Positions 1 to 13,226 of a stretch of DNA of 64,000 bases are shown in pieces. Both the position numbers and the translations under genes were made by a program. How positions within the stretch are numbered: position 1 is the first letter of the stretch; the number at the start of each line of letters is the position of its first letter. The notes beneath the pieces were generated by a model. It was not told the origin of the DNA, searched no databases, and saw only the letters and a list, made by a program, of their open reading frames with translations. The DNA is from Carcharhinus amblyrhynchos (lineage: Eukaryota): contig OZ336870.1 in assembly GCA_965287045.1 (NCBI GenBank), forward strand, positions 117,180,001 through 117,244,000, read 5' to 3'.

Positions 1-1495
1 GTCACCATTGCAGAGTCAGAGCAGCTTTCTCAAAGATCAACCCACAGACTGGCCTGGATGGGATACCCGGACAAGTACTCAGATCTTACATGGATTAGCT
101 TGTGGGATATTCACAGACATTTCCAACCTCTCATTACAACAATCTGAGATACCTATCTACTTCAAGCAGATGACCATTATCCCAGTACCTAAAAAAAAGC
201 CAAGCAGCGTGCCTTAACGACTATCGTCTGGTGGCTCTGACATCCATCATTATGAAGTGCTTCAAAAAGGTTAGTCAAATCAATTCCAGTCTCCCAGATT
301 CCCTGGATCCACTAGAGTTCATCTACTACTGCAGCAGATGCCATTTCCCTGGCCCTGCATTCAACCCTGGAACACCTAGATAACAAAGACATCTGTGACA
401 AACTCCTATTTACTGACTACAGCTCAGCCTTCAACACCATTATTCCTATGAAATTCATCTCCAAACTCTGTGGCCTGGGCCTCGGCTTCTCCCTCTGCGA
501 CTGGATCCTGAACTGCCTAACTCACAGACTACAATTAATAAGGATAGGCAGCAACACCTCCTCCACAATTATTCTCAAACGAGGTGCTCCACAACACTGT
601 GTTCTCAGCCCCCACTATACTCATTATACACCTACGTGTGGCTGTGTGGCCAAATTCCCCTTCAACTCGATTTTCAAGTTTGCTGCTGAAACCACCATAG
701 TGGGTCAGATCTCAAACAATGACAAGACAGTACCGGAATGAGAAAGAGAATCTGGTGAACTGGTATGGCAACAATAATCTCTCCCTCAATGTCAACAAAA
801 CAAAGGAGATTTTCATCGGCTTCAGGAAGCGTAGTGGAGAATGTGCCCTTGTATACATCAATGGGGACAAAATAGAAATGGTTCAAGCTTTTAGGTGCCC
901 AGATCACCAACAATCTGTCCTGGTCTCCCCACACCGACACTATAGTTAAGAAAGCCCACCAACGCCTCTGCTTTCTCAGAAGACTAAGGAAATTTGGCAT
1001 GTCAGCTACGACTCTCACCAACTTTTACAGATGCACCATAGAAAGCATTCTTTCTGATTGTATTACAGCTTGGTATGGCTCCTGCTCTGCCCAAGACTGC
1101 AAGGAATGACAAAAGGTCATGAATATAGCCCAATCCAGCCTCCCATCCAATGGCTTTGTCTACACTTTGCGCTGTCTCGGCAAAGCAGCCTGCATAATTA
1201 AGGACCCGGACATACTCTCTTCCACCTTCTTCCATTGGGAAAAAGATACAAAAAACTGAGATTGTGTACTAACCAATGCAAGAACAGCTTCTTCCCTACT
1301 GCAACCAGAATTTTGAATGGACCTACCTCGCATTAAGTTGATCTTTCTCTACACCCTAACTATGACTGTAATACTACATTCTGCACTCTCTTGTTTCCTT
1401 CTCTACTAACAATATGCTTTGTTTCTTTAGCACACAAAAAGTTATACTTTTCACTGAATATTAATACATGTGACAATAATAAATCAAATCAAATC
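1..1495 (+). mobile_element. Rex1/Babar-clade non-LTR retrotransposon, degenerate RT and 3' end (continues off the window start)
   Basis: Frameshifted RT motifs: [40 protein letters not shown] (from KFADDTT), LNVNKTKE, KKAHQRLCFLRRLRKFG, FYRCTIESILS. Ends in tgtgacaataat followed by (aaatc)3. Confidence 0.9.
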
Positions 1496-3740
1496 TTTCT
1501 TTTGTTCCATCTATCTGATCTCAGGGCAGACTCAACTTGCTGAAAGTGCTGCTTGTTTGGGTTGTGCAATTGGTATTTGAGAAAATAATATTTGCTGGTG
1601 CTTTTTGACATTACTTACTGAATCATATTTGGGAACTGCTGAAAGATGCCTTATTGTGTTAGACGTTTACGGCAAATTGCATAAGTTTGTCCTTATAGAA
1701 AGCTGACTGAACACTAGGTTGCTCACTCACATCGCCAACTGTTTTGTTAGATATATGAGTAGTTTACTTGTAGTATTAGCATGTTCAGGATTTTAAAGTT
1801 TAATGGCAGACTGGGAAAACAGTACCACGTTATGATATTGAATCACATAGGAGTAGTAGAGTGTAGTAGTGAATTGGATAGAAGTCTGCATGAAGCTAGC
1901 ACCTAGTCAGGATTATATCCTATATGTATGTTTACACAGTTGCATGTTATTAATCAACAGTTATTGTTCAACTATACAAGCCTTTAGATCTCTTCATGTT
2001 TTGACATTCAACATTACGACAAGTTTCAGGAAGTTACATAGAATTGTGATAACTATCAGACATAATTTGCTTAATTGAACCAGTACAGGTCCAAATCAAA
2101 ACTGTCTACTCTCACACTGTTTACTGCTTTTCCCTTCTATATTTTAATTTAGTTATCTCCACTTTGTACAAAATAGATCTATGAGGATGGTGCTGGAGGG
2201 TGATTTGCCACTGCTGACTTCCCAATTTCCTCCTGAAAATTGAGCAACTGGCAGAGGAAAATCTGTGGCAACCTCAGACATACCTTTGCCTGCTTGACTC
2301 AATTTTCAGGTAGGCCTTTGCAGCCATTTGGTTTCCCAAATGTAAGCTTCTGCATGGGCACCACAGGCACAACTCCCGATTTATGCCTATGTTGAGTCCG
2401 AACTGAAAATCTATCCCTATGATTCATAGCCAGACCCTGTTCTTAAACAATCCAAAGATGACCTGTATATATTTCCTCAGATGCCAAGGATCTTCAAGTT
2501 ACTGGTTGTCTAATGTGAAATGTGTTATATCCATGGTTTTATTAGCCAAAACAAACTGAGCAAAGGAAACTGGACCAATGTACAGTTACTTTGCAGTCAT
2601 TTCATTATATTATAAAGTAATTTCCAATTCCATTAAGATATTAACTCCAAAATTAAATTGCATTTTTTTAACTCACACATTCAGAACTTCAGTTTAAACA
2701 AATGTTATTTACTGACAGATTTGAGTTTGAATGGGTGTCGATCACTTTATATTTGCTCTGTCTCTTCTATATTTTCCTCTTCCATGGAGCAAAGCAGCAG
2801 ATCAGTGTTCTTTAGTTTTCATAGCAACAACATTTGCAACTAAAGATTTATTATCCAAGTGAGGGCTTTAGGTTTACTGAGTAAATTAGTTTAGCTGAAT
2901 AACAATTACAACATGCATATACATCCTTTCCTTTGAGGCTAAAATCCGTTTAACATTTTCATAGCAATTCATCAATCAAAATCCATTTGAATCAGTAAAT
3001 ACCATGCAATAATAAAAACTCATTGACCTAAAATGATATTTCTAACTTTCAGAGTGACTGCTGGATTATAAAATCCCCTTTCTTTATGGGCCACTCTTTT
3101 TCCTGGATTACAAAAAACAAATCAGTAGCAAAGGAGGAGATTTTGAGGCACCAGTCCTGGTGGAAATGGTAGAGAATAATTTACCACAACATTCCTACCA
3201 TTGCTGAGTGCCTCCAACCACCACACCTGCACTCCCCCACCCCACCCACCTCAACTTGGTCCCCAGGCCTACCAATAGGCTTCTGGAACACACAGCTGTA
3301 TCAGCCACAAAGCTCTCTTAATATGTAAATCAGCTTGAAAGGCATACACAAGAACCCCATTTGTCACTTGATTGTATTGGGTGGAGCATATGTCACACAG
3401 TGTCACTGATCGTCCAACCTAGGAGAGGTTAAGTTTTACTGGAGGAGGTTTACATACCCTCTCTCCGTCCACCCCTAGGTATGGTCTTTGCCCAGCCAGC
3501 CAGATGGTAGTGGAGTGTGCCCAGTGGCCATATGTTGGCAGAAGGTCCAGCACCGAGGGAAAAATCAGCAATCCTGGGCAAGCTGCTGGCTCCCTGCTAC
3601 CGTGATATCAGGTGGCCAGGTCAGTCCCCTGTACTGAAAAAATGTATGTCCAAAGGGGATGTGCCCAGACTTGTTTCGTGAAGCTTAGAGGAGTGTTGAC
3701 CATCAGGTTCTGCCTTGACTTGACCATTAGTTGATAACAT

Positions 3741-3926
3741 ATTAGGTGGATTGGCCATGCTACATTGCCCCTTAGTGTCCCAGGATGTGTCAATTAGTGA
3801 GGTAAGTGCGTGGGATTAATGGATAGAGTTGGGGTTGACCGGGCTGAGATGCTCTGTTAGAAAGTTGGTGCAGACTTAATGGGTTGCATGGATGGCCTTC
3901 TTCTGCACTGTAGGAATTCTATGATC
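3741..3926 (+). mobile_element. 3' half of an HE1-type V-SINE with CR1-type tail
   Basis: ttaggtggattggccatgctacattgccccttagtgtcc...ggccttcttctgcactgtaggaattctatgat; same 3' region as the fuller copies at 9015, 20256 and 59047. Confidence 0.75.
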
Positions 3927-4075
3927 TTTTGTGGAGTGTGCATGGAGTACGCTTTTCCCAATGCTGTCTTACAATGACAAACATAGTACTTTGTATCTTC
4001 TAGGATCCCAATTTGCATATTAAAAGGGCCCACCACTTGTTTCCGGCAAGCATTCCTGTCACCCAGTGGTAAAAC

Positions 4076-4385
4076 ATGAGAACATAAGAAATAGCAGCTT
4101 GATTCAGCCATTCAGCCCTTATTGTCTGCTTGGCCATTCAATATGATCATGCACTATGCACTATTCTACATTCCTTAATTTATTTAGCACCCAAAAATGC
4201 ACTGACCTCGGTCTTGAATAGATTCACTAACTGAGCAGTCACAGCCTTCTGGGGTAGAGAGTTCCTAAGGTCTGTGGAATTAAAACAGCTAGCCCGTTAT
4301 TCTGATACTGTGAGCTCAAGGCGAAGACTCCCCAGGTCTGGGGAAATATCCTCCCAGATTTTCCTCATTAAGTCTTTAAGAATTT
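4076..4385 (-). mobile_element. CR1 LINE 3' end remnant
   Basis: aacataagaaatagcagc...gccattcagccc is the reverse complement of the CR1 tail seen at 26160-26240. Confidence 0.7.
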
Positions 4386-4814
4386 TAGATTTGAGCACTT
4401 GCAAGTACAGGACTTGAGTATTGCTGAAGTGACAGACATGTTGCTGAAGATTTTTGTCTTCACCTCATCAAAACAAATACAAGAATGCCAAATTTCAAAC
4501 AATCACAATAACTTGTACTGCAGGAGAAAGAGGTGCGATTGGCTGGCAAGTCCACTCTCATTGATCAAGGCATTACCATGGAGAAAATAACGGACTCCCC
4601 AAACTTCTGGGTAATTCAAAAAAGATGCAAAGCTTGATCACTGAGATCACCTCTCTTTCACCCAAATTCCAGGGAAATTATGCCCAGCTGATTTAATTTC
4701 TCCTCAATCCTCTCAGTTTAGGAATTAGTCTATCAACGTTCATCACACTCCTTCCAAAGTTAGCACATCCTTCCTGTAGCAGGAATACCAAAAACATACA
4801 CTGTAGACTAAGTG

Positions 4815-5300
4815 ATTTTGCAGGGTTTGCCTATAAAGAGTTGTTCCGTGCACAGTTGGAAGACTGCACTGTCAGTGGAAATCTCACGAGGCATGTGAAG
4901 GAAGCAATATCTGTCTACTCGAGATATGAATGTGATAAGTTTTGAGGTTTCTTCATCTAGTGGTATCTACCAAACCTGTATTTTGCTGCTCGGATGCTGA
5001 AACCCTCAGCATTTGACATATCTGCTATTCACTGTTCCACTGTCTTCATCGTGTGATGAGGTTTGAGCAGCACCTTATTCAAATACACTGGGTCAATGCA
5101 TATCCTGACCAGGCCATCTCTTTAACTGTGACCACCATTGCCAAAATCTATTCTGTGGCCTCATATACGGGAGTTAGGAAACCCATCTCATTGATGACTT
5201 TCTGTTTCATGACTTTTGATGCTCTTCTTGAAGCACAAACTGTTTGTCATAATGAGTCATCTACTCTCATGTGGTATACAACTGGTAAGCTTACTCATCG
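4815..5300 (-). mobile_element. Degenerate Ty3/Gypsy LTR-retrotransposon pol, reverse transcriptase fragment
   Basis: Manual minus-strand translation gives MVVTVK/DGLVRICIDPVYLNKVLLKPHHTMKTVEQ*IADMSNAEGFSI, then after a frameshift IPLDEETSKLITF and RYCFLHMP..ISTDSAVFQ. This matches Gypsy RT motifs (R.C.D...LN, IPL.EES..LTTF, Y.F..MPFG). Not in the ORF track because of stops and frameshifts. Confidence 0.8.
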
Positions 5301-5526
5301 TCACGGTTGTAGAGGTCTTTGTTCTCCATCATTTCTGGAGCCTGACGTAGTAACGCATGGACATACTTGTAGTCTGCCTGCACTCCTGATAAGAGTTGGC
5401 ATGCTCCCAATATGTGATTCTTTTTGTAGCCACAACATCACGTGACCACTTGGTCTATAACATCTTCCACACCATTACTACACTTTTGCTTTGTCCATTC
5501 TAGATGAAAATTAAAATGTCTCGAAT

Positions 5527-5663
5527 AACACTATATTCTGCACACTCTCCTTTTGTTTTCCCCCATGTTCTCTATGTATTGTAAGTTTTGTCTGTGTAAC
5601 ATGCAAGAAACAATACTTTTCACTGTACCCCAATACATATGACAACGACAAATCAAATGAAAT
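5527..5663 (+). mobile_element. Rex1/Babar 3' tail only (severely 5'-truncated)
   Basis: aacactatattctgcac...caatacttttcactgtaccccaatacatatgacaacgacaaatcaaatgaaat parallels 1370-1495. Confidence 0.8.
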
Positions 5664-7097
5664 GATTTGCACCTCTAACTTCCTGATTTATGAATGCACT
5701 GCCCTATGGAAACAAATATTGTTAGGGGTCCCATAAACTGCACCCACCAATAATTTCTGCCCCTTGCTGTTCTTTTGTCACCCAAAATGATTCAACATCT
5801 TGATTTTCCATTCTAAGGTCCTTGCTCTCTCCTATCTTTATCCCGTCCTTTATTATCCAAATGACTCATTCCCCTCCTTTTCCATTTTGCCTCTCTTCTA
5901 AAAGAGCTCAGTATATCAGCGAAGAGACAGCAGCAACAGTTCCAGCAATGTCAGAAAAAGAGCAATAAGGTACTGAAGCTATTTTTGAGGTGCCACTATC
6001 TTAAGTCTGTTGGATGGGAGGACTCAAAATTACCTAAACTGTAACTTCGCTGAGCCAGCAGGAGTAGGAATATCCTTTGACAAATTTGTGCCACTACCAC
6101 TCTAAGACATTTCCTTCAGACTGCTAAGATCAGACGTCTGCCCATTGCGCTATTTCCTACCGAAAAGACACCCCCCCATTGCCCTATCTCCTGGCTGGAC
6201 AACATAATATTGCAAAGAGGAATGAGCCTGCTGCTGGGACTATTCTGTTGGGCATATTCCGGCCTCTTCAGAAGTCTGCATTGGGAGAAAAATCTACGCT
6301 AATTTGTGTTGTTCATAAAGGTTGGAGGGGCAACTTAGAGCTATACTGTCTTCCTTAACTGTTACATAAAACATCAAAGCTATTTTAAATTATTTTTGAA
6401 TCTATGTATGTTCAAGTAACAACACAATTTCACAGCTGACCCTGTTTGAACTTGGAAGATTAATAAGAATCCTGGTTTGAGGAAGATATTGCAGTTTCAT
6501 ATCATTTATGCTGTAGCAATTTTAGCTCTGGCAACATATATGCGCAGCAATGTGTAGGTATCAATTGATGTGATGGAGATTTATATCAATAATTTTATCT
6601 TTGTTGGGCTCCCTGTTTCAGCTGTCTTGTCCCATGGGAAATGCTGCACAAAGTCAGAAATCTCTTTGAAGGGCAGGAGGGAAAATCAGAGCGACAGTCA
6701 ACCTAGGCCCCTCTTGTGTACCTGATGGGATTCAGTTACAAAGCAGTGCTTGGAAAGGCATCGAATCAATTCATCTGCTCCTTGTTTCTCCTGGGATTTT
6801 CTATGTGGTGAGATGGAAGCTAGATAATGCAAAACGATGGGAAATAAATGCCTTGGAAAGAGAAAAATCTTTAGCTCATTTTATCGTTCTTCCAATTTAC
6901 ACAGCAGAGACCAAGCAAGTCTCATGCATTAGCCTTTTGCAGTTTTTGATGTGAAAATGATGAAATGCTACCGCAGAAGCAACTTAAAACATTCCTAAAA
7001 TAACACTCTTGGAAACGCATGAGATGGCAGCAAAGTATCCAACGCTGTACACAGCTTACATCTGTCTGTTATTTTGGCAAAGACTTGAACACAAAAT

Positions 7098-7395
7098 GTA
7101 GGCTGACACTGAGCAAGTGCTGCACTATCAGCAGTGTTTTTCAGTTGAGGTGTTAAACCAAGCCCCTGAATGCCTTCTCAGTTGGATGTAAAATATTACA
7201 AGGCTCTATTTTGAAGAAAAGTGTTCTGGCCAATATTTATTCTTCAACCAAATCGCAAAATCAGATTATCTGGTCATTATCACATATGCTATGTTCAAAT
7301 TCACCACCATGGTATCTACAACAGAAGCACATCTTTAGCCACAAAGCACATTGCGCTCTGCTGAGATCTGAAAGGTGCATCATGCATACAACTTC
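7098..7395 (+). mobile_element. Deu-domain SINE (SacSINE1/AmnSINE1-like), partial
   Basis: gtgctgcact...gttaaaccaagcccc...ggatgtaaaa...ctggccaatatttattcttcaaccaa...cagattatctggtcattatcaca; matches the copy at 56040-56460. Confidence 0.75.
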
Positions 7396-7834
7396 TTCCT
7401 TTCTTGAGAGGAATTTTAAATAAAACTACAAAGGTATTGAAATTCATGTTGTTGGAGAGCAACGTTGAGCAGAAGAATACCAACTGGGCAAGCAACAGAA
7501 TTTGAGGCACCACCAGATATGTCTGGATTCCATCCCTATTTGTCCCCATCAGAAATCATGGTTAGCTTGTGGCGCCAACCCACTATCCACCTGTCTAAAT
7601 AAGTGCAGGCATATTATAATGGCATTTAATTGATGAAAATAGTTTGTACATTGTACTTGAATCATTTATGCCCTTAAAAATGAAGAAGAAAAGTTCTGCA
7701 TTGCAGGGCTGATTTTTATTGTACCAAAATTACTCTCTGGCAGACATTTAAGCCGTCCAGCAGCACTGAAAAGGGAGCCTTTAATTTTCAAAGTAACCTA
7801 AGCCAGGGTTTTCAGAATATCATTCATGTTATTA

Positions 7835-8320
7835 TTGGGAATGGATCTTACTGGGGTCTGGTTACAAATAGCATTCTTAAGGGTTCTTTATTGGGCCTGT
7901 TAGCATTCATCACTTTTATTAATGATCAAGAGAATGGTTTAAAGAGAAGCATTCTCAAATTTCTATATGATACATTAATATGCAAGGCGGTTATAGTACA
8001 GGCCAAATGGATAAGTTGCAGGCTAATTTAGATAAATGGAGTGAGTAATCCCTTGCTTGGCAAATATTATTTAATCTGGATAAATGCAATGTAATACACA
8101 GGGGTTAAAGACTCCAAGCATTCAGTTGGATGTCAGGAAGTATTTCTTATTGCAGAGACTCATTGCTTTTGGAACAAAGGGTTGAGATATGTGTTGACCA
8201 TGGAATTATCACAGTCCATTAAATAGGAATTTGATAAGCGAAGAGGACATTACCAGTTCAAAGGGGTAAATTGCAAGATTGAGATAAATCAAGGGATTTC
8301 CTGAATTTGGTTCAAAGACT
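7835..8320 (+). mobile_element. Highly decayed CR1-like LINE RT fragment
   Basis: Remnants of QGS.LGPL.F..FIND (gggttctttattgggcctgttagcattcatcacttttattaatgatc), of KFADDT (aaatttctatatgatac), and a KC.V.H-like motif. Confidence 0.6.
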
Positions 8321-9014
8321 CAATGGTTTCTTTTTAAGGTGTTTCATTTGTTTGGATGAGGTCACAGCAGCTTATATACAATGTTGCCTGACTGGCTGAG
8401 CAAGTTGCAGACCATCAGAAAGTTATTATAGCCAATTGGTTTCCTTCCACACTGGAGCTGTCCTTGGTCCTAAACTCAGGTATGGCTTCTAACACAAAGG
8501 CACTGCACTCAAGTGACTATTGATCAGATAGTATACAGAGTCCATGTAAACAACCACATTAATACTCATGGCATCTGTAGATTCAGGGCCACATACCGAC
8601 CCAGCAAAAGGACTCTAGGAATGTTCCTGAGTGCACATGCAACAGCAATCAAACTTTCAGTGGGAGAACTCTTAGAAGCAACACATGATATGGAAATATT
8701 GAGCACATATGTAACGCTGCAATAAAGCAGGTGACATAGGTAGAAAACAAAATAAGCACATCCACCTCGTATTGCTCTACCAAATACAATTTGATTTAAA
8801 CTAGTTTACTAATATCTTTATATACAATCTGGGACAGCAGGATCAACTGGATTGAAATGCACTGGGTTCCATAGATCTTGAAGAAAAGGTTGGGAGTAAT
8901 GGTAACAGACCTTTTTTTTGCATCTGGAAATTTGGTTCCTTCCATCCTATTTTTACTTCTGGCCAGGAGACAGAGGAGGACTCGGCCAGCCTTGACCTTA
9001 GCATTATCACTCTC

Positions 9015-9305
9015 AGAATCATAGAATCCCTACTGTGCAGAAGGAGGCCATTCAGCCCATCAAGCCTGTATGACAACAATCCTGCTCCGGCCCTATCCCC
9101 GTAATCCCACTCTGTTAATCCCCCAATACTAGGGGCAATTTAGCATAGCCAATCCACCTAACCTGTACATCTTTGGAGTGGGAAGAAACTAGAGCACCTT
9201 GAGGAAACCCATACAGACAATGGGGAGAATGTGCCAATTCCACAGACAGCCATCCAAGACCTGGATTGAACCCATGTTCCAGGCTGTGTGGGTCAGCAGT
9301 GCTAA
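9015..9305 (-). mobile_element. HE1-type V-SINE with CR1-type tail
   Basis: agaatcatagaatccctactgtgcagaaggaggccattcagccc tail; V-core gaggaaacccatacagac; tRNA B-box attgaaccc. Confidence 0.85.
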
Positions 9306-9913
9306 GTGTGGATTATGTCACAACATTGATCCTTGAGCTATGACCTCTGCATGCTGAGAAAGATCCTGGCTGCTTTTAGCAGGAACTTCACTCAGAGCCT
9401 GAATTATCACTGTTAGTATTATAGCAGCAGGAAATGAGATGGGCTTGAGACAGGACTTCAGATTTCAGGATTTTCACCCTGTGTGGGTTATGCGTTCTCT
9501 ACTTGTGATACATTCTGAAGCTGAAACAGTCTGGAAAGGGAAATACAGAATGGATTTTTTTCTAATGGGGCTCGAAAAATAAGAACAATTTCTCTAAATC
9601 CACAAGAATAAACACAATGGGTTGCTGCCAGACAGGACTTTACCCTCTCTGTGTTCCCAGGCTATAATTTGTCTCTTCTTGCAGACATTTATTTCCTGTG
9701 TGCCGTTAGTGGTTTTCCTTTGTACGTTATGGCAAGTATATAAACACAAATGAGCATACCCTAAACCAGGTGTTTCTTTATCCAATTGTATATGCCCCTT
9801 TGCTGATGTTTTTATTTTAACCTGTCTGCTTGCTTTCCCTTTTGTCTTTGCCCATATTTTCCCACAATGCCTTAACACCTTCTTTTCCTTTCTCTCCCAT
9901 TTCCGGTCTCCTT

Positions 9914-10199
9914 GGGGCAGCATGGTGGCACAATGGTTAGCACCGCAGCCTCACAATACCAGGGATCTGGGTTCGATTCCTGACTTAGGTCAGTGTCTGT
10001 GTGGAGTTTGCACATTCTCGCTGTATCTGTGTGGGTTTCCTCCGGGTGCTCCCATTTCCTTCAACAGTCTGAAAGACATGCTGGTTAGATGCATTGACCT
10101 GAACAGACGCTGGAGTGTGACGACTAGAGGAATTTCACAGTAACTTCATTGCTGTGTTAATGTCCGCCTTACTTGTGACTAATAAATAAACTTTAACTT
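9914..10199 (+). mobile_element. tRNA-derived V-SINE with alternative (Rex1-like) tail, full length
   Basis: A box tggcacaatggttag, B box ggttcgattcc, V-core tgtctgtgtggagtttgcacattctc...gggtttcctccgggtgctcc, tail aacttcattgctgtgttaatg...cttgtgactaataaataaacttt. Confidence 0.9.
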
Positions 10200-10464
10200 A
10201 CTCTTGCTTTTCTTTTACCCTGGAGTGGAAATTCCCATCTTCAATAACTTGTGCCAAAAAACAGATATTAAAAAGTGGTATGTGGTTCCTACGAGATAGC
10301 TGATCTTAAATTAGATTTACTTATCAATCATACCAAGCAGAAATTATGGGCTCATTTCTTTGTGATTAATGACTACAGTATATATTTTTCTACATCTTGG
10401 TGTGTAGTTTATTCTTTTAATCTATTTATTCTTGGTCAATGATCAAAGATTTAGTAAGGATCTT

Positions 10465-11200
10465 AAAAGAGGAGAATGATAAAGAGGATTGGCTTCAGTG
10501 TGTGAGCCTCATTGTCCAAAGGCATGGCCACTAATTGAGTGGAGGACATGGAGGGTAATGTGCGAGTGGTTGGAGTCAGAGGACTAAAGATTTCAGGAGC
10601 ACAATATGGCTGGTGAAGTTAAGGGAGGGCAAGCTCATGAATGGACTTGAGCACCAGATTAGTAATTTTAAAGGTGAGGGCTGCGGGATCGAGAATCCAA
10701 TGGAAGCCATTCAAAAGTCTTGTGTGGAGTCATTCAGAATGGGGTAAAGAATGAAATAATCTTGAAACAGGATAAGATATAAACAGCAAGATTTTGTTTG
10801 AACTGCAGTTTTTGGAGAGTGGGTGCTAGCCAAAAGGGAATTAGAATAGCAAAGGAACGATGAATGAAAGTAGTGGACAGAAAGGTGTAGGGATGATAGG
10901 AGGTAATGTTAGGAGAAAGTAAGAAAGGATATAGATTTGGAATCTCAGCTTGGATGCTGAATCAGGTACAGGCTAGGACAGTAACAGGGGAAGGTAATGC
11001 AATTGGTGTCAAGTAAGTTTGTGGCCTGTGTTAAAGATGATGTTCATACCTTCCTCACCTTAAGTTAAGAGAAATAAAGTTCATCCAAGCCAGGGTGTGG
11101 GACAAATAGGCTGACAGCTGAGAGGCAGTGGTGGGGTCGAGAATGGCAGGGAGGTAAGGAGATCTGGCGTCGTCAATGTATGTGTGGAAATGGACCCTAC
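10465..11200 (-). mobile_element. Old L2-like LINE remnant
   Basis: The minus strand at ~11160-11190 reads FHTYIDDA (from FH.YADD.Q). The purine-rich plus strand is typical of reverse-oriented L2. Heavily decayed. Confidence 0.55.
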
Positions 11201-12697
11201 ACTTTTGGCTAGCAAAGCCTCAATTTTAAAATTCTTCTCCATTATTTTCAAATCTCTCTGTGTTGTGACCTTCATCCTCCCCCATTCCTCAGTCTTCACC
11301 AGCCCTACAAACCTTCAGCGTCCAGATCTGACCTTTTGCACATCTCTGAATTTAATTATCCATCCCTTCAGCTACATAAGTTCTCAAAATCAAATAGCGT
11401 CTCTACAAAACATTTTAAAAGTGCTCTGACCAACCCAAGCTAGAAATTAAGTCAACAGCTGGGTCAGAAGTATACTTGAGGAAGGAGGGATAAATGAACA
11501 ATAGTGTTTAGCAGGTTGACGCGTCTTCATTAAGCAAACAATGCTGTATACATAAGAGAAATGCACATAGAGTAAAATATTCTAACTCCTATTTTCATAG
11601 TTTCTTCCTTTAAAATTCACCAAATTTTACTAACCTGCCTTTGTTCTGGCAGCTAGTGAGTAAGTTAATTTGCTTGTTGCCAACATGTACTCGTCCATCG
11701 CTTACATATATCTTCATTGGACCAAATGAAGAACTCTGATGAACTCATATTGCTTTAATCAGTTTTTTCATACAAATTATCAATTTGTTCTCTGCTTTCT
11801 CCTATTTCTGTTTCCCTTGGCTGTACATTAAGCATAAGCCAGACAAATGAGGCAGGCTTTACCCTGGCCTTTGTCATTTCCATTCTGGCATCATGTGCTT
11901 GAAAGCCAGCAGCATTGTGGATGATGACTTTTGGATTGATTTCCTTCCATTGCTGCTTGACATTCCCCACGACCACAGAGCTGAAATAGTATGGGTGCAT
12001 TGAGAAATGTGCTTGCAGTTACTAAAAACTGCAGTTCCTAAACTCCATCATACTGACCTTCATCCCCAGAATACTGTCCCTGGACTTTTTGACTTGCTAC
12101 TTTCTCTTTAAAAGACTCCACAGAAAATATATTTTGACTACTCCCTTGGACATTTACACCTCAACATTTCTCACCTAAGAAGTGCCTTGGATGTTGACAA
12201 CATTAAAGGTAGTATGTTAACGGTATAACATTAATCACATTACAACATTCTAAACTCAATGTCACAATAATTTAGTTAATAACTCCCAATTTTGAGAGAA
12301 ACAAGTTCTGGTGTTATTATTTTCAGCACTTTAGATCTACCTTGTGTTTATTCACTTGTTCCATTCCCACCCAATCTTGCCATGCACCATTATTCCTTCT
12401 GCAATTTAATCAATTTTGCCTCCCACTCTGTTACAGATCTTTTCTATTTTTCTTTTCCCCTCTTTTCCTCACTTCTGTGCTTGCTTAAAACCTATTGCAT
12501 CCATAATATTTTCAAGTATCGACAAAGATTCACAATTGGAAATGATGGGCAAATCTTCCTCATGTCATAGAGATGGGTTTGAAGAAAGAACAGGGAAAAG
12601 CTTGGAGAATTGGGCATGAGTGACACATTCCCACCTCTGGGTGAGTTTACCAGAGGCAAATTAACAAAGGCAATGGTACGCATCCAATGGACTTCTG

Positions 12698-13155
12698 ATT
12701 TATTATTTGATTTGATTTATTATTATTCCATATATTAACATACAATGAAAAGTATTGTTTCTTACACACTATACAGGCAATGCATACTGTTCATAGAGAA
12801 GGAAACAAGAGAGTGTAGAATGTAGTGTTATGGTCATAGCTAGGGTGTAGAGAAAGATCAACTTAGTGAGAGGTAGGTCTATTCAAAAATCTGATGGCAG
12901 CAGGGAAGAAGCTGTTTGGTTGGTACGTGACCTCAGACTTCTGTATCATTTTCCCAATGGAAAAAGGTGGAAGAGAGAATGTCTGGGTGCATGGGGTTCT
13001 TAATTATGCTGGCTGCTTTGTCGAGGCAACAGGAAGTGTAGACTGAATCAATGAATGGGAGACTGGTTTGTGTGATGGATTGGGTTACATCCATGACCTT
13101 TTGTAGTTCCTTGCGGTCTTAGGCAGAGCAGGAGCCATACCAAGCAGTAATACAA
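12698..13155 (-). mobile_element. Rex1/Babar 3' fragment
   Basis: Reverse complement of 1060-1495, including the (gattt)n tail and gtgtagagaaagatcaactta. Confidence 0.9.
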
Positions 13156-13226
13156 GTTCAAGGGCAATTACGGATGGGCACTAAATGTTGGCTCAGCCGG
13201 CGACACCCACATCCCATGAAATAATG
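13156..13226 (+). mobile_element. LINE/SINE 3' tail (gggcaattagggatgggcaataaatgctggcc family)
   Basis: agggcaattacggatgggcactaaatgttggctcagccggcgacacccacatcccatgaa; same tail at 40750-40815 and reversed at 39820-39850. Confidence 0.7.

Noticed and set aside
9914-9990. tRNA gene (also at other SINE heads)
   Set aside because: A and B boxes are present but run directly into V-SINE core and tail sequence. No intact cloverleaf was found.
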